From contig CAYFZR010000032.1 in the NCBI GenBank assembly GCA_964347835.1, positions 17,814-81,813 of the forward strand: DNA of 64,000 bases, written 5' to 3'. This DNA is from an uncultured archaeon (lineage in GTDB: Archaea; CAYFZR01). The stretch's first letter is position 1. The number at the start of each line of letters is the position of its first letter. Positions 18,061 through 31,004 of this stretch are shown one piece after another. The position numbers and the translations under genes are program-made. The notes under the pieces are model-generated. The model saw only the letters and a program-made list of their open reading frames with translations, did not search any database and had not been told where the DNA came from.

Positions 18061-20869
18061 ATGCCTCTTCTTCCGCCATAACGATGTGTATACTTGTTTT
18101 TGTTTGATTTGATAAAAAGTCTTTTGCCTCTCTCAAAACATCTTCTTCAGTTAGGGAAAAATTAAGGGTTTTTTCAATGCTATCAACATGCATTTTATTT
18201 ATATCATCTATAATAGACGATGCGAACCTTTTGATCTCCTCAGAATACTCCTTTAACTCTTTGTCCTTCATACAGACCTCTAAAATTTTAGACAACTCTA
18301 TCTTCTCTTTCAATCTTTCTTTCAACATTTTTCGGTAGACTTTGTATTTCCATGAGGGGGCCAAGAATATAGAGGTCTTTTTTGGCTTTATATTTGTTAT
18401 TTTAAGTATGGCTTCTATATCTGAGGTAAGATTTTGCATATATTCCTCTGCTATTTCTACATCGTAATCAATTAATTCTTCGTCTATTTTTGGCCATTCT
18501 GCATTGAATACATAACCCGAGTTACCCATCCTCTCCCATAATTCTTCACACATATGCGGTATGAGGGGGGCGAGCAACCTTATCCAAACGTTCATTACTA
18601 GCGTAAGTACTTCTCTATTTGGCCTTTCTGCTCTCCTTAAGTATCTTCTAACGTTATGCAACAAAGAGAAAAAAGACTCCTGAACTGCTCTCCTCGTTTG
18701 GAAGGAGTTTAATGAGTTTGTAGTCTCTTTAATACTCCCTTGAAGTCTGCTTAGAATCCATCTATCTATGAATCGGATCTCACTTTCATCGGAATCCGTA
18801 TTTATAATATCATTTGCAAGTCTCCAAAATCTCTGGAGATTTTGTTCCATAGATTCTATTTGTCTCTCCTTCCAGTCGAAATCCTGCCAGGGATCTGCTG
18901 AAAACATCAAGAACAGCCTGGTCGTATCACCACCGTATTTATCCAACGCGTCTTGAAACAGAACTACGTTTCCTTTGGAAGAGGACATCTTTTCCCCCTC
19001 CAAAAGACCCATCCCAAACACCACAATACCGCTTGGCCAATTTTCCCTGGGAAATATGGCGGTATGGTGGAAAACATGAAAGGAAAGATGGTTGCCTACA
19101 AGATCCTTAGCAGAAAATCTTAAATCCAACGGATACCAGTGGGTAAACTCCTTTCTCATTGCTTTTAACGCGTGAATACCTATGTTCGTGCTTTCTGCAA
19201 TTTCTTCCGAAGAACCCCTGCCCAAAAATATATAGTCGAACACCTTGTCGTTTAGTTGCTCGGGATTTAAGTTTTTTATAATGTGGGCTATGGTATAGTA
19301 TGCCATATATATGGTAGAATCGCTCAAAGGCTCTACTATCCAATCTACATCCCATGGTATTTTTGTACCAAGTCCCATTTTTCGTGCACAAGCCCAATCA
19401 TTCAGCCAATTTATCACATAATTAAAGTTTGCCTTAACCTCCTCGGGTACAAGCGTCATTTCGTTAATACATTCTCTGGCTAATTCCTTCCAATTTTCGT
19501 CAGAATACTTCAGAAACCACTGATCGCTTAATAGTTTTACGAGACATTTTGTTCCACATCTGCATGTTACGGGCTTTTCTGAAAAATCCCACATTGAATT
19601 GGCTTTATTCTCTTTCAAAAAATCATATCTGACCATTTCTCTTGCTTCGTATACACTAAAATTACCATAACCTGGAATATTTTCTAACATACGTCCTTTA
19701 GCAAATTCAACCCTGTATATTTCTTCTGTTAAATCATCTAGTTTTTTATCGTCTTGGTCTTTTATATTGTATTTCTCTACGATATCTTTTGCAGGGTAAA
19801 TTCCATATCCCTCTACTTCTATGAGTTGGATGGGTTCTATACCACTCGCATCAATACCGTATTCCTCCAAAAATGAAGGATCTTCTTTCAACTGTTTTAA
19901 TGCAACATAATCGTAGGGGGCGTGAGCAGGTACGCTCATAACTATGCCACTAGCGTAATCTGGATCCACAAAGAAAGCAGGAAGTATGATTACATCACTA
20001 CCTAAAGCGAGATTTTTGACATACTTTCCAACGATTTCTCTTCCTTCTATGGTCTTTTCTTTTTCAGCATCGTATCCCTGCTCTTTGAGTTTTTCTAATG
20101 CCTCCTCGCTTATTATCCATTTTTCTCCCTCTATATTTGCTACGACGTACTCTAAATCTGGTCTAATCCAGAGATTTGTAACACCAAATACTGTTTCGGG
20201 CCTTAACGTTCCACAGGGAATCTTATAACCGTTGTAATCAAATTTCAATAACGTAAAGGTCAGTATGTTCGCTTCTTCTCCCTCCAGTAAATCGTGATCT
20301 CCTACAGGATTTTTATCATTTGGACACCACTTTACTGGATGCTCCCCTCTTACAACGTATCCTTTCTCTCTTAATTTTCTAAACTGCCATTCTATGAATT
20401 TATTGTATTGAGGGTCCGTCGTCGTAAATTCTCTCCTCCAGTCTATAGAATAACCTATTCTATCCATATTTTCTTTGTATTCCTTACAGAAGTATTCTAC
20501 AATCTTGTGAGGATTAGTAAACATGTATAATATGTTTTCTCGAACACGGTACAGATCTCTGTAGAGTTCTACCACACTTTGATCTCCTCGCTGAAACCTA
20601 CTTGCAATCCCAACTACGGGAGCTCCCGTAACATGCCAAGCCATCGGGAATAATACGTTGTAACCTTGCATTCTTTTAAAACGAGCTATTACATCTGGCA
20701 CTGTATAAGTTCTACCATGACCTACGTGCATTGATCCTGAGGGGTATGGATAGGCAACAGTTATGTAAAATTTAGGTTTCTTCTGAGGTTTTGAATGGTG
20801 AAGTTCCTCTTTTTTCCAGATGTCTTGCCATTTATCCTCCCATTTTTTCCATTCTTCCATAACTTTCAC
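17999..20869 (-). CDS. leuS: Leucyl-tRNA synthetase (archaeal type)
   Basis: HIGH motif [13 protein letters not shown] motif KMSSSKGN, 956 aa. Confidence 0.95.
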   Translation of the reverse strand: MKVMEEWKKWEDKWQDIWKKEELHHSKPQKKPKFYITVAYPYPSGSMHVGHGRTYTVPDVIARFKRMQGYNVLFPMAWHVTGAPVVGIASRFQRGDQSVVELYRDLYRVRENILYMFTNPHKIVEYFCKEYKENMDRIGYSIDWRREFTTTDPQYNKFIEWQFRKLREKGYVVRGEHPVKWCPNDKNPVGDHDLLEGEEANILTFTLLKFDYNGYKIPCGTLRPETVFGVTNLWIRPDLEYVVANIEGEKWIISEEALEKLKEQGYDAEKEKTIEGREIVGKYVKNLALGSDVIILPAFFVDPDYASGIVMSVPAHAPYDYVALKQLKEDPSFLEEYGIDASGIEPIQLIEVEGYGIYPAKDIVEKYNIKDQDDKKLDDLTEEIYRVEFAKGRMLENIPGYGNFSVYEAREMVRYDFLKENKANSMWDFSEKPVTCRCGTKCLVKLLSDQWFLKYSDENWKELARECINEMTLVPEEVKANFNYVINWLNDWACARKMGLGTKIPWDVDWIVEPLSDSTIYMAYYTIAHIIKNLNPEQLNDKVFDYIFLGRGSSEEIAESTNIGIHALKAMRKEFTHWYPLDLRFSAKDLVGNHLSFHVFHHTAIFPRENWPSGIVVFGMGLLEGEKMSSSKGNVVLFQDALDKYGGDTTRLFLMFSADPWQDFDWKERQIESMEQNLQRFWRLANDIINTDSDESEIRFIDRWILSRLQGSIKETTNSLNSFQTRRAVQESFFSLLHNVRRYLRRAERPNREVLTLVMNVWIRLLAPLIPHMCEELWERMGNSGYVFNAEWPKIDEELIDYDVEIAEEYMQNLTSDIEAILKITNIKPKKTSIFLAPSWKYKVYRKMLKERLKEKIELSKILEVCMKDKELKEYSEEIKRFASSIIDDINKMHVDSIEKTLNFSLTEEDVLREAKDFLSNQTKTSIHIVMAEEEAYDPKNKRAHAKPFRPAIYME

Positions 20870-23553
20870 TCCAGAGACGAGTGAAGATCTCTTAAAACAT
20901 CTTCTAACGCGTCATCGTTCCATTGTTTTACGCTTCCTTTGGCAAGATTCTTCTTTCCGCCGCCTCCACCACCCATTCTGGAAGTGATCTTTTTAACTAA
21001 ATCGTTTGCACTGATGTTAACGGATTCTCCCACGCTTACGACTATATAGTTCTTAGGGTTTCTTAATATTGATATTGTATCTTTTCTTTTATTCATTGTC
21101 TGAATAGCCGTCTTTTCCAGTTCTTTGTCAGATAAATCAAGCATTTCTTTTATTACGAGAGATTCTCCTATTTTTTCTCCTTTTTGAATGAGATCTTCCA
21201 CTCTCAGAGAAGCCAATTCTTCTTGAAGCCTCTCAACATCTTTTTTAAGTTCTTTCCATTCTGAGAAGAAACGTTCTGCAGTCTCTGGAGTCTGCATTAA
21301 AGGTACCTTAAAAATGCTAGCAGTATTTTCTATAATTTCTTCCATTTCTTGGATTTGTTCTATGGCAGGCAGTCCTGCCGAGAATTCAAACCTTTCCACG
21401 CCGTCTTGAATCCTTTCGTTTCTTATTATTTTTATGGCGCCTATTTCTCCGGTGTGATCTATATGGGTGCCTGCACAAGCCTGAGCGTCAACATTATCGA
21501 TCTCTAAAACACGTATGTCTCTTCCTGGCACGACTCCTCCTTGATACAATCGAAATCCATATTTCTTCTCAGCCTGATTTCTCTCCATCCAAGTCTTTCT
21601 TACAAGTAAGTTTTCCATGACATATTCATTGGCTAGTTTTTCAATTTCTCTTAATTGTCGTTTATTAACTCTTTGAAAATGCGTTAAATCAATTCTAGCA
21701 CTTTTTTCTCCTTTTTGCGCGCCAGCCTGCCAGATGTGATTTCCTAATACATTTCTAGCGGCAGCCATAACCAAATGTGTGGCAGTATGGTGTCTAACAT
21801 GGGCAAGCCTTCTTTTTTTGTCTATTTTACCCAAAATTTCACCATGTTCGACGTTACCCTTTATTTTGTGGACTACAACATCCTTTACCTTTCGTACGTC
21901 TATTACATTTACTTCTAAACCATTCTGTTCAAAAGTACCTATGTCTGCGGGTTGCCCTCCTCCTTCTGGGTAAAAGTATGTTTTATCAAGTATAACTAAA
22001 TCTCCCTCTATTCCGATTATATTTGCCTTGAATTCAAATATATGTGGGTCTTCATAAAATAATAATTCTGTAGGAGGATATTCTTTTATCTCAATCTTCT
22101 CTTCCTTTATTTCTTCTTCCCTTTTTTGATGTAGTTCTGCTACTCTAGCATAGAAATCATCTGGAATATTTACCTCGATGTCGTCTTTTGCAATCTCCTT
22201 AACGATCTCTGGAGGGATACCCTGAGAGTCGTAGAGATTTATTAGAGTGGTGACATCTAACTCCTTTATGCCTCTTTTTTTAATGGCACTAGCAGTTCTT
22301 AAGACAAGTCTTTCTCCTCTCTTCAATGTTTCTTTATATCTCTTTTCCTCTACACTTACTTCTTCCAATATAGTATCTATATTTTCCTTTAATTCCGGAA
22401 AACTTGGACTTAAATGCTCTATTTGCATCGCTACTATCTCAGCGAAAGAAAGATCCATTTCTAATTCACGCAAGAACCTTAAGGCACGTCTTAAGACGAG
22501 TCTCGCCAAATAACCTTCTCTTACATTAGATGGAACTATGCCGTCTCCAAACATAAATGATATGCACTTAGAGTGATCAGCTAACGTATAAATCGCTTCT
22601 AGAGGCTCCATTATTCTTGACAATTCGACTAAGTCAATCCCAATCCTTTCTGCTACCTTTTTTCTTAACATTCTCACATCTGCAAGAGTCGATATGTCCA
22701 TCAAACCCGCTAATTTAGCATGTTCGACTAGAATGTCCCTATCTTCCTTTATTCCTGCTAATTTTTTTAATTTTACAAGAAAACCATCGAACACAGCATC
22801 ATATACGGTAGGTGTACCCTGAGAGACCCATGTAAATCTCTCTAGACCGTAACCAGTATCAACGACCTTCATATCCATCTCATGGTACTCACCATTTATG
22901 GGGCCTACATACTGCATAAATACTAAAGTGGCTAATTCAGCGCCATCCACTATAGACTCAAAACAAGGACCTGCGTTGCCTCCGCCTTCCCACCACTCTT
23001 CTATGTAAGTGATCTTTTCAGGTTTAACTCCCAATCTATCGGTAAGAAGTTCGTGACATAACCTCACGGTATCGTCTTTGAAGTAAACGTAGTGGTCCTT
23101 GGTATTAAAGGCATGGTGGGCCATCATCTCAAATAAAGTAAAGTGCCTCCCAGTCCTCCCTACGTTATCAATGTCATTTAATCTTATACTTGGCTGAGAC
23201 ATGGTTAAGGGATTGTAAGGTGGATCAACTTCTCCAGATAAAACCCAAGGTTGGAAACACGCTATTGATGCTATAGTTAATAAAATATCTTCTCTCCATC
23301 TCGCAACGACAGGATATCTCTCTATTCTCGTATGATCGTGATCCTCAAAAAATCTAAGGTACTCCTCTCTCATGTCATGCAAACTATAAGATTTCTTCAT
23401 TGAAGATTTGTCTATAAAGGTATACTCATCGCAAGGAGGTTCACCACAAGTTTTTCTATCAGGGACCAATGTCCAGAAGGCTCTTTTACAAATTTCACAC
23501 TCTTTTCTAGCAAAGTCCAAATCTCTAAATAATTCTACTTCATATTCGCTCAA
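20866..23553 (-). CDS. alaS: Alanyl-tRNA synthetase
   Basis: 895 aa; editing-domain HxxxH (HHTATHLV); C-terminal DHHA1 [13 protein letters not shown]. Confidence 0.95.
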   Translation of the reverse strand: MSEYEVELFRDLDFARKECEICKRAFWTLVPDRKTCGEPPCDEYTFIDKSSMKKSYSLHDMREEYLRFFEDHDHTRIERYPVVARWREDILLTIASIACFQPWVLSGEVDPPYNPLTMSQPSIRLNDIDNVGRTGRHFTLFEMMAHHAFNTKDHYVYFKDDTVRLCHELLTDRLGVKPEKITYIEEWWEGGGNAGPCFESIVDGAELATLVFMQYVGPINGEYHEMDMKVVDTGYGLERFTWVSQGTPTVYDAVFDGFLVKLKKLAGIKEDRDILVEHAKLAGLMDISTLADVRMLRKKVAERIGIDLVELSRIMEPLEAIYTLADHSKCISFMFGDGIVPSNVREGYLARLVLRRALRFLRELEMDLSFAEIVAMQIEHLSPSFPELKENIDTILEEVSVEEKRYKETLKRGERLVLRTASAIKKRGIKELDVTTLINLYDSQGIPPEIVKEIAKDDIEVNIPDDFYARVAELHQKREEEIKEEKIEIKEYPPTELLFYEDPHIFEFKANIIGIEGDLVILDKTYFYPEGGGQPADIGTFEQNGLEVNVIDVRKVKDVVVHKIKGNVEHGEILGKIDKKRRLAHVRHHTATHLVMAAARNVLGNHIWQAGAQKGEKSARIDLTHFQRVNKRQLREIEKLANEYVMENLLVRKTWMERNQAEKKYGFRLYQGGVVPGRDIRVLEIDNVDAQACAGTHIDHTGEIGAIKIIRNERIQDGVERFEFSAGLPAIEQIQEMEEIIENTASIFKVPLMQTPETAERFFSEWKELKKDVERLQEELASLRVEDLIQKGEKIGESLVIKEMLDLSDKELEKTAIQTMNKRKDTISILRNPKNYIVVSVGESVNISANDLVKKITSRMGGGGGGKKNLAKGSVKQWNDDALEDVLRDLHSSLE

Positions 23554-23589
23554 AAAAATTCCTCCAAGGATATAAAGAGGGAGAGGAAT

Positions 23590-23913
23590 TTAGCCAAATA
23601 GTGCGGCTAATCCTGCTGCTACTTCTTCCTCTTCTTTTTCTTCTTCTTCCTCTTTTTTCTTCTTTTCAACTTTCTTCTCTTTTACTTCTGCCTTTTCTTC
23701 TGTAGGGGGCGCCTGAACAGTTGGAACTGTTGCCACAGATTCTATAGCCTTATCTATGTCAACGTCTTCTAGCGCGGATACTAAAGACTTTATTCTGGCG
23801 TCGTTTGCTTCAATGCCTGCTCCCTCTAATACTTTTTTGATGTTGTCTTCATTGATCTCTTTATGCGCGGAATGTAACAGCATAGCAGCATAAATGTATT
23901 CCAAAATTCTCAC
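23590..23913 (-). CDS. rpl12: 50S ribosomal stalk protein P1 (L12e)
   Basis: Acidic KE-rich tail ending AGLAALFG. Confidence 0.85.
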   Translation of the reverse strand: MRILEYIYAAMLLHSAHKEINEDNIKKVLEGAGIEANDARIKSLVSALEDVDIDKAIESVATVPTVQAPPTEEKAEVKEKKVEKKKKEEEEEKEEEEVAAGLAALFG

Positions 23914-23916
23914 CTC

Positions 23917-24924
23917 CTAATCAAAAAGTGCGGAAAGACCAGACGCTACCTTATCTTCCTCCTCTTCCTTTTCCGCTTCCTTTTCTACCTCACTTTCTTC
24001 CGCTTTCTCCTCTTTTACGATATCCTCTTTGATTAACTCAGACCTTAGTTCATCTGGTAGAGCATCAGGATTCTTGCTAGCTAAAAAGGATGTTAAATTG
24101 GTGGCTTTTACATAAACATTTAATATTATGCTAGGTAAAGTTTCTTTAGTAGGTATATTGGCATTTAAAGAGAGATTACTTGCCTTAGTAAAAGCATTAT
24201 TTAATAGAATTTCTACCGAATATCTGGTTGGTATGTTAGCATTGACTGATAGATTTAATGAGCATGAAAATGCCTCTTTTACTTTTGCCACAAATTCTTC
24301 AGTATCTACATGAAGATATTCAGAGGTTAATATTGAACCATCTTCATAGGCCGCGACTAAATCTAATCCGACCTCCATAGGTTCAATTCCCAAACGATTC
24401 AGGACATTTGCAATGAGGGATGTAACTTTCATTCCCTTTTTTAGCACAATGCTATCTTCAATGATTACAATCTTCCCTTTTTGAATCTCAATCAGCAAGC
24501 CAGCTCTCTGAAATTCTCCTAAAATAGGTCCGGGTGGAAATGGGGTCTCTCCTTTTGGGACTACGATATCATTTGAGGCTATTTGTCCTAACTTAGCAGA
24601 AGCGGTCGTCTTGTTTTTTTGAAGTAATTTATATAATCTAAATGGGCTCATCTTTGTAAATACGAATCCTGGACGCCCTTTCATAAATTTAGATAAATTC
24701 TTTATATCATCTTCTCCTTTGGCAATTTCTTCCAGAGCGATGTTCATAAGAGATTTTTTTGAGACCTTCAACAGCGCTTGCCCCGTCAAATCTCTCCTTA
24801 TCCTCTGAATTTGTCTTGCTGGTATGTTCCCTACATCTACGATCCCTATTACAGGCCACTGTTTTAATTCTTCCTTTAGTTCTTCCACTTCTTTAAGTTT
24901 CCACTCAGCGACCAACTTTTTCAC
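23917..24924 (-). CDS. rplP0: 50S ribosomal protein P0 (uL10)
   Basis: Internal P1-binding repeats, acidic tail ending GLSALFD. Confidence 0.9.
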   Translation of the reverse strand: MKKLVAEWKLKEVEELKEELKQWPVIGIVDVGNIPARQIQRIRRDLTGQALLKVSKKSLMNIALEEIAKGEDDIKNLSKFMKGRPGFVFTKMSPFRLYKLLQKNKTTASAKLGQIASNDIVVPKGETPFPPGPILGEFQRAGLLIEIQKGKIVIIEDSIVLKKGMKVTSLIANVLNRLGIEPMEVGLDLVAAYEDGSILTSEYLHVDTEEFVAKVKEAFSCSLNLSVNANIPTRYSVEILLNNAFTKASNLSLNANIPTKETLPSIILNVYVKATNLTSFLASKNPDALPDELRSELIKEDIVKEEKAEESEVEKEAEKEEEEDKVASGLSALFD

Positions 24925-25563
24925 CTATTTTACCCTTATTGGCATGCCCATTGTAGTTTTAATGAATATATTTTTGATATGATAAGATCCTTTTTCAAGT
25001 TTACGTTCTATCGCGCCGACCACTGCCTCACAGTTTTCTGAAATTTTATCATCATCCATTTCTTCAGTTCCTACTGATACACTTATTACTGGTTGATCTT
25101 TCATCTTTATTCTAACTGTTCTATTATATCTCTCGAATAAAGGCTTCAGATCAGCAGTTAAGGGTATAGGTTTAGCCATCTTTCCTCTAGGGCCCAGAAC
25201 AGGACCTAGTATCTTACCAACCATCGGCATCATATCTGCTTGGGCAATGAAGAAATCATATTTTTTTGCTATTTCTTTGCACTCCCTTCTATTTTTCTGT
25301 AATTCCTTTAATTTTTCTTTTGTAATTATCATGTCAGTAAAATTCCTCGCTTTCATCGCTAAATCGCCATCGGCTATGATACTTACTTTTACTGATTTTC
25401 CTTTGCCGTGTGGAAGGACTAATTCTTCATTAATCCTGTTTTGAGGGTTATTAAGATCTACCTCCTTGAGAAGGATCGTAATATCTATGCTCTGGGAGAA
25501 ATTTCTCTTTTTAGAGTTCTCTTTCGCCTTTTTAATGCCTTCCATTATCATTAAACGATCCAT
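24925..25563 (-). CDS. rpl1: 50S ribosomal protein L1 (uL1)
   Basis: 212-aa ORF; position in the conserved rplK-rplA-rplJ-rplL cluster; family-typical sequence. Confidence 0.9.
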   Translation of the reverse strand: MDRLMIMEGIKKAKENSKKRNFSQSIDITILLKEVDLNNPQNRINEELVLPHGKGKSVKVSIIADGDLAMKARNFTDMIITKEKLKELQKNRRECKEIAKKYDFFIAQADMMPMVGKILGPVLGPRGKMAKPIPLTADLKPLFERYNRTVRIKMKDQPVISVSVGTEEMDDDKISENCEAVVGAIERKLEKGSYHIKNIFIKTTMGMPIRVK

Positions 25564-25583
25564 ATTTGACCCGCTCCCTCATT

Positions 25584-26057
25584 TCATATATCATATAAAC
25601 CTTCATCGATTTCTTTCTGTACTTCCTTTGGATCTTTGCCCTCTATAGTAATGCCCATGCTAACACATGTTCCGATTACTTCCTTTACGGCATTTTTAAC
25701 GTCATAAGAGAGTAAATCACTCATCTTCATCTTCGCAATCTTGATGACTTGTTCCATTTTAAGGTTACCAACCTTCTTTTCAAGAGGATGTTCTGATCCC
25801 TTTTCTAAGTCAAGTTCTTTCTTTATGAGCGCTGTACAAGGAGGTGTTCCAACCGTTATATCGAATTCCTTGGTTTTTTTATCAATGATGAGTTTTACAG
25901 GTACTTTCATGCCTTCGAAGTCTTTTGTAATTTCATTTATTTTTTTTACCGCCTCTCCTATGTTAATACCCACTGGACCTAAAGATGGGCCTAATGGAGG
26001 GCCTGCAGAGGCTTTTCCACCGTCTACTAAGACTTCTAGAATCTCTTTGTTCTTCAA
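25584..26057 (-). CDS. rpl11: 50S ribosomal protein L11 (uL11)
   Basis: [14 protein letters not shown] motif typical of uL11. Confidence 0.9.
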   Translation of the reverse strand: MKNKEILEVLVDGGKASAGPPLGPSLGPVGINIGEAVKKINEITKDFEGMKVPVKLIIDKKTKEFDITVGTPPCTALIKKELDLEKGSEHPLEKKVGNLKMEQVIKIAKMKMSDLLSYDVKNAVKEVIGTCVSMGITIEGKDPKEVQKEIDEGLYDI

Positions 26058-26521
26058 ACTCTCTCCTCCTTTAATAAGACTCTCACATGGTCTCCTCTAA
26101 CAGTAACGGGTATTGAAACTGTGGCCTCAAGCAATTCTACTGTTATTTCGCCCTTTCCTTCATCAAATCTCACAACTTTTGCTTTTTCACCTTTAAATGG
26201 ACCAGCAATAAGTTCTACAATATCCCCAATTTCAACACCTGCTATAAGAGGTTTAGCCTCCATAAAATGCTGTACTTCTTCTATAGGTACGGAGTCGGGT
26301 AGTACTCCCCTAACATGAGGGACGCCGGCTACGCCGCTTTCGACGATACCCTGATTCTCAGCCTCCACAAAAATATATCCTCTCATTTCTTCTGGTACCA
26401 ATATAGCCTTAATGTCGATCTTGTATCTCCTCATTTTTGCAGCTATAAGTTCTGCCACATTTTTCTCTTGACCAATTGTCGTTCTGAGGGGGAATAACTG
26501 AGTTTCCATCTTATCATCCAC
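26054..26521 (-). CDS. spt5: Transcription elongation factor Spt5 (NusG homolog)
   Basis: NGN plus KOW domain; GTG start; conserved position between secE and rpl11. Confidence 0.85.
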   Translation of the reverse strand: MDDKMETQLFPLRTTIGQEKNVAELIAAKMRRYKIDIKAILVPEEMRGYIFVEAENQGIVESGVAGVPHVRGVLPDSVPIEEVQHFMEAKPLIAGVEIGDIVELIAGPFKGEKAKVVRFDEGKGEITVELLEATVSIPVTVRGDHVRVLLKEERV

Positions 26522-26684
26522 TCGTGATATGAACTATCATCCTAACAACAAATCCTATCGCACCAATTAATATTATGCCAAAGCCGGTGATCTTAGATAT
26601 ATTCGTAAACTCAAATCTATTCGGTCGCCTTGCTATTCTAAGAACTCTAAGATATTCTTTAAAGAAATTCTTAAGCTTTGGCAA
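26514..26684 (-). CDS. secE: Preprotein translocase SecE (Sec61 gamma); not in ORF track
   Basis: Own translation [56 protein letters not shown] with TTG start; single C-terminal TM; stop overlaps spt5 GTG; classic secE-nusG order. Confidence 0.55.
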   Translation of the reverse strand: MPKLKNFFKEYLRVLRIARRPNRFEFTNISKITGFGIILIGAIGFVVRMIVHITSG

Positions 26685-27815
26685 TTATTCCACCTGTTTA
26701 AGTCCCAGCCAAGTACTTATATCCGTTTCTCTTGGCAAATATTCTTCTTCATAAATGTCGTGGTATTTTACTCCTGTTACAACAACCATTGTCCTTACAT
26801 TTCTATCCATCGAGGGGTCTATTTGAGCGCCCCAAATTATAGTCGCTTCTGGATCTAGTTTACTGGCCACAACGTTAATTATCTTTTCTGATTCTTCTAC
26901 TGATAAGTCATCGCTACCCGTAATATTAATTAAAGCCCCTTTGGCTCCTGAGATATCTATATCCAAAAGAGGACTTACTATTGCTTTGTTTATTGAATCC
27001 AGTGCCCTGTTATCTGAATCAGAGTCTCCAATTCCCATCATTGCTAATCCTCCATTCTTTACTACTGCCTTTACATCAGCGAAATCTAAGTTTACGAGTC
27101 CCGGTTTTGTTATCATCTCTGTAATTCCCTTTACTGCCTGCATCAAAATCTCATCAGCCACCTTAAACGCAGCGTTTATCGGAAAATTAGGCACTATTTT
27201 TAAGAGTTTATCGTTAGGTATAACAATGGCAGTATCTACAACCCTCATAAGTTTTGATAGTCCACCCTGCGCATTCCTCCTTCTTAATACACCTTCTATG
27301 GTGAATGGAAGTGTTACAACTCCAACCGTAAGAGCGCCTAATTTTTTTGCTATCTGCGCTATAATAGGGGCGGAACCCGTTCCTGTCCCTCCTCCTAATC
27401 CGCAAGTGACGAATACCATGTCTGAACCTTGTAACAGTGCCTTTATCTCTGGTTCATTCTCTTTTGCGGCTTCTTCTCCTAAAAGGGGAACGTTTCCGGC
27501 GCCGAGTCCTTGAGTTACCTCTCTCCCAAACAAGAGCTTATGATGAGACCTTGTGTACAAGAGATCTTGTGCATCTGTATTCATGCAGATGGTTTCTGCT
27601 CCCTCTATGCCTGCTTCCATAATCCTTGTTACAGTATTTCCTCCTGCTCCACCCGTTCCTACGACAGATATGTTCGTTCTCAGTTTGATTAACAAATCTT
27701 CCAGTTCTTCATCGATAAGATCAGGTTTCTTGCTTGTTTTTGTCTCCTTTTTTTCCTTTTTTTCTTCGTCTTCATCATCTATCCTCTTCATCACGTCTTC
27801 AATGATCTTTTCCAA
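26685..27815 (-). CDS. ftsZ: Cell division protein FtsZ
   Basis: GGGTGTG tubulin signature ([10 protein letters not shown]), NTDAQ, about 50-aa KE-rich N-terminal extension. Confidence 0.95.
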   Translation of the reverse strand: MEKIIEDVMKRIDDEDEEKKEKKETKTSKKPDLIDEELEDLLIKLRTNISVVGTGGAGGNTVTRIMEAGIEGAETICMNTDAQDLLYTRSHHKLLFGREVTQGLGAGNVPLLGEEAAKENEPEIKALLQGSDMVFVTCGLGGGTGTGSAPIIAQIAKKLGALTVGVVTLPFTIEGVLRRRNAQGGLSKLMRVVDTAIVIPNDKLLKIVPNFPINAAFKVADEILMQAVKGITEMITKPGLVNLDFADVKAVVKNGGLAMMGIGDSDSDNRALDSINKAIVSPLLDIDISGAKGALINITGSDDLSVEESEKIINVVASKLDPEATIIWGAQIDPSMDRNVRTMVVVTGVKYHDIYEEEYLPRETDISTWLGLKQVE

Positions 27816-27903
27816 TTTAGGACCTCCAGAATCTCCTGTTTAATTTTTAATTGTTATACAAAGTATGTATAATATTTAGATCGGATATTTTTATTTCCCG
27901 TAA

Positions 27904-28695
27904 CTATCCATCCTTAATATCTTTTTCTCTTACCACCTCTACTCCTAGCTTCTTGCAAATATTTAACATCTTTTTCCTTTCTATGCTTTTCATCCCTTTC
28001 CAGTCAAATATTACCTTATTAATATTTCCTACACTTCTATGAAGAACTTGCTCAAATACTTTTTCAGTGATATCTCCTATTAAATAAGAAGGCAATATAT
28101 GTCCCACCGCGATTTTTGTTGTTAAGACGGTCTTGGTATGGGCTGGAGCGTAGTGGGGACCTCCCAAACCCCCGTAGGATTCAAAGGTAATGTCTTTTGT
28201 TGCATTCATTATTGCTTGAGAGACAATTTCACCTGCTTTGAGATCATTCCAGGCTTTCAAATCGCTTCCAATTTCGATAAAAGTTACGGGTTTTTTAAAA
28301 CTCGTGGGACCATGGTGTGTAGCCTCTAAAGAAACATGATAGTCGAGGTTAAATTCCCTGGTTAATTCATGAAGTTTCATGAGAGCGAGTTTAATTGATG
28401 AAGGATCTGCAATACCGAATTGATCCAGATTTCCAGGAGCATGAACAGTTAGACAAGGCAATTTCGTCTTACTTTCATGTCTTGAAGCGAAAAACCATGC
28501 TTCAGGCATAAAATAATTTTCTAGATGATTTGACTTGGTAAGTTCTTCTTTAGTGGTAATTACCATGATATCTTCATATACATAAATAGGAAAACCCTCG
28601 AATTCTCCCTCTTTTTCAAAAGGAAAGTATTCTATGAGAGATTCTAAGATATTCATGCTAGCTTTGTCAACCGAAGATGTCACAATAATTTTCAT
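27904..28695 (-). CDS. dtdA: Archaeal-type D-aminoacyl-tRNA deacylase (DtdA, PF04414-like)
   Basis: SRHESK and EATHHGPT motifs, about 265 aa. Confidence 0.7.
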   Translation of the reverse strand: MKIIVTSSVDKASMNILESLIEYFPFEKEGEFEGFPIYVYEDIMVITTKEELTKSNHLENYFMPEAWFFASRHESKTKLPCLTVHAPGNLDQFGIADPSSIKLALMKLHELTREFNLDYHVSLEATHHGPTSFKKPVTFIEIGSDLKAWNDLKAGEIVSQAIMNATKDITFESYGGLGGPHYAPAHTKTVLTTKIAVGHILPSYLIGDITEKVFEQVLHRSVGNINKVIFDWKGMKSIERKKMLNICKKLGVEVVREKDIKDG

Positions 28696-29557
28696 CCTTT
28701 TCCCTCAAAAAACTGAGTAATTCACTTAGAGTGGGGGAGTTTCTAGCTCCAACTTTTGTTGTTTTAAGCGCTGCACATGTATTAGCGAGTTTTAACGCCA
28801 TATGTATGTCATAGTTAAGTATACCGTATACGAAGCCAGCAGCAAAAGAATCTCCTGCTCCAGTGGTATCAACAACGTCTACTTCATACCCTCTGGAACT
28901 TATATTTTCTTCACCCACCAAAAGACTCCCTTCTCTTCCCATCGTAACGATGAAGTCAGATTTATATTTTTTTAGTTTATCCCACTCTTCGCCAAATAAT
29001 CTTAAGGCCTCGCTTTTGCTCAAAAATACATACTTACAATAATTGAATATTTCTTCGATATGATCTAGTCCGAAACCAACCATTATGCTACCAGGAGAAT
29101 AACTTACTTTGTGAAAAGTTTTACACGCCTTCGAAACGATATCTTTCTCTACGCTCGCGACATGTACCCAGTCAAAGTCAGATAATAAATCTTCTTCCAA
29201 GTCATCGGCATCCAGAAATTTATTCGCGCCTCTATATGCAAACATCCTTTTTTCTCCTGTTTCGTCGAATATGACTACTACAAGACCAGATCTTCCATCT
29301 CCTTTTTTTAAATAAGATATATCAACGTTATTTCTAATCAATTCTTTTTTTAGAAGTTCTGCATATGTGTCATTCCCAACTGCCCCCATAAAACTAACAT
29401 CCATACCCAATCTACTTAAAGCCACGGCAAAATTTGCAGCAGAACCTCCATGCATCTCGTGCAGACCTCTTATGAGGACTTCACTATCTAACTCTGGAAA
29501 ATCTTCTATCTGCAAGACGATGTCTATGTTTATGGACCCAATTGAGAGTATGCGCAT
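28667..29557 (-). CDS. PfkB-family carbohydrate/nucleoside kinase (ribokinase-like)
   Basis: GGSAANFAVAL N-terminal motif and DTTGAGDSFAAGFVYG C-terminal motif. Confidence 0.8.
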   Translation of the reverse strand: MRILSIGSINIDIVLQIEDFPELDSEVLIRGLHEMHGGSAANFAVALSRLGMDVSFMGAVGNDTYAELLKKELIRNNVDISYLKKGDGRSGLVVVIFDETGEKRMFAYRGANKFLDADDLEEDLLSDFDWVHVASVEKDIVSKACKTFHKVSYSPGSIMVGFGLDHIEEIFNYCKYVFLSKSEALRLFGEEWDKLKKYKSDFIVTMGREGSLLVGEENISSRGYEVDVVDTTGAGDSFAAGFVYGILNYDIHMALKLANTCAALKTTKVGARNSPTLSELLSFLREKDENYCDIFG

Positions 29558-29588
29558 GAAAAAAATAAGAAACGATCACTTAAAGAGT

Positions 29589-30899
29589 TTACTTTCTCAA
29601 TTTATCAAAAGAACGGATCAAAAAAATTGAGAGAACTATAATGGCAACCGTTGATAAAAATAATAAAAATAGTAAATCTGAACCTTCTGTTCTCTGCGTA
29701 TACAAATAAATTATGTCTGGATCTTTAAAGACCGGAGGTGCCTTTTCCTTATAATAAATTTTGAGTCTGGGCTCTCTCTCGCCTATGGGAAGTTTTAGAG
29801 TTGGATCAACCGATACCCATCCTCTCCCAGGAATAAACGCCTCCAACCAGGCATGACCGCTCTTCTCCAACAAAGTCTCTGTTTCCCCTCCGACAACCAA
29901 GCGTGCCGGAACGTCTACACTTCTTAACATAGCTATAGTAAGAAGGGTTTTGTCTATGCACACTCCTTTTCTCTTTTTGAGGGTAGTATCTGGGTAATAA
30001 GAAGGTTTTAAAGGATTCTTGTTGTACTCGTACTCAATTTCGTTGGCAACGAAATTATATATTCTTTTAACTACTGAATCAACATCTTGACAATCTTCCA
30101 CTAAAAAATTTGCCTCTTTTTTTGTTACAGAATATGATTCCGGGTTTGCGAGTAATTCTGAAAAGAGAGTTCCTCTATCCACATAAATGTAAGGATAAAG
30201 TTCTTTGTCGAAGTTCCAACGGTTTTTTATATCAGGCGGTAAGTAAAAGGCTTTCATCTCAAGGTAAAATTGTCGGATATCTCCAGATTGGAGAGAGTCT
30301 TCGTATTTTATAAGTATATCATCCTCTTGTATCTCAATTATACCGGTAGTTTCCAAAGAAACTATTTTACCTGCCATTCCGTATTTCTTATCGGAAATAT
30401 CAACAATTCGTCTTCCCTGAGACTCTATAGACCCATACTCTGACCTACCAGCGATATCTGTTCTTTTATTGGTGAACCTTAAAATGAGAATTACTTCGCA
30501 GGGTTCAATGTTGATATTTTCAATCGTACCGTATATCCTTACTCCATCGTCATTCAAGGTTATCCGTGAATCGATGCTAACAGAATTCAAATCTTTTTTT
30601 CCGAGTACAATGGAAGTTACATCATAGGACGACGGTCGCGGCTGTAAAAAGACTCCTCCCTCAGGATAATAAACCCCCTTTCCATTGGTCCTTACTTCCA
30701 TGAAGGGATAAGCCGCCTCTATTACGTCTTCAATTGAGAAATACTGCAGTTCATTGAAATCTACATCATAAAGAACTGTATAGGTTTCGCTTTGAATAAT
30801 TCCTGCATCATAAATCAAGGGTACAACTCTAGTTTCCGAGAGAACCGGGCTTGGAATAACTAATACGAATAAGATTATTAAGTTTATTTTTAGAGACAT
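29589..30899 (-). CDS. Transglutaminase-like Cys-protease-domain protein, secreted with C-terminal TM anchor
   Basis: Signal peptide MSLKINLIILFVLVIPSPVLS; core GVCIDKT...GHAWLEAFIPGRGWVSVDPT (Cys-His-Asp); C-terminal hydrophobic helix. Confidence 0.7.
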   Translation of the reverse strand: MSLKINLIILFVLVIPSPVLSETRVVPLIYDAGIIQSETYTVLYDVDFNELQYFSIEDVIEAAYPFMEVRTNGKGVYYPEGGVFLQPRPSSYDVTSIVLGKKDLNSVSIDSRITLNDDGVRIYGTIENINIEPCEVILILRFTNKRTDIAGRSEYGSIESQGRRIVDISDKKYGMAGKIVSLETTGIIEIQEDDILIKYEDSLQSGDIRQFYLEMKAFYLPPDIKNRWNFDKELYPYIYVDRGTLFSELLANPESYSVTKKEANFLVEDCQDVDSVVKRIYNFVANEIEYEYNKNPLKPSYYPDTTLKKRKGVCIDKTLLTIAMLRSVDVPARLVVGGETETLLEKSGHAWLEAFIPGRGWVSVDPTLKLPIGEREPRLKIYYKEKAPPVFKDPDIIYLYTQRTEGSDLLFLLFLSTVAIIVLSIFLIRSFDKLRK

Positions 30900-31004
30900 T
30901 TCCAGTGCACGTTTTTTATCGGTTTAAAAATAATTATTGAGCAATAACATATTTCTAACTTCGGATGGAAGTAAAAAGAGTATAATTTTTCCCTGTAGAA
31001 GGAT

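Noticed and set aside
24128-24313. Internal repeat in ribosomal protein P0 (NLSVNANIPTRYSVEILLNNAFTKAS / NLSLNANIPTKETLPSIILNVYVKAT)
   Set aside because: Normal feature of archaeal P0: tandem helices that bind P1 dimers. Not a mobile or anomalous repeat.
26941-27513. 190-aa plus-strand ORF
   Set aside because: Lies entirely antisense within ftsZ. Low-complexity Ala/Pro/Ser translation mirrors the Gly-rich tubulin motifs.
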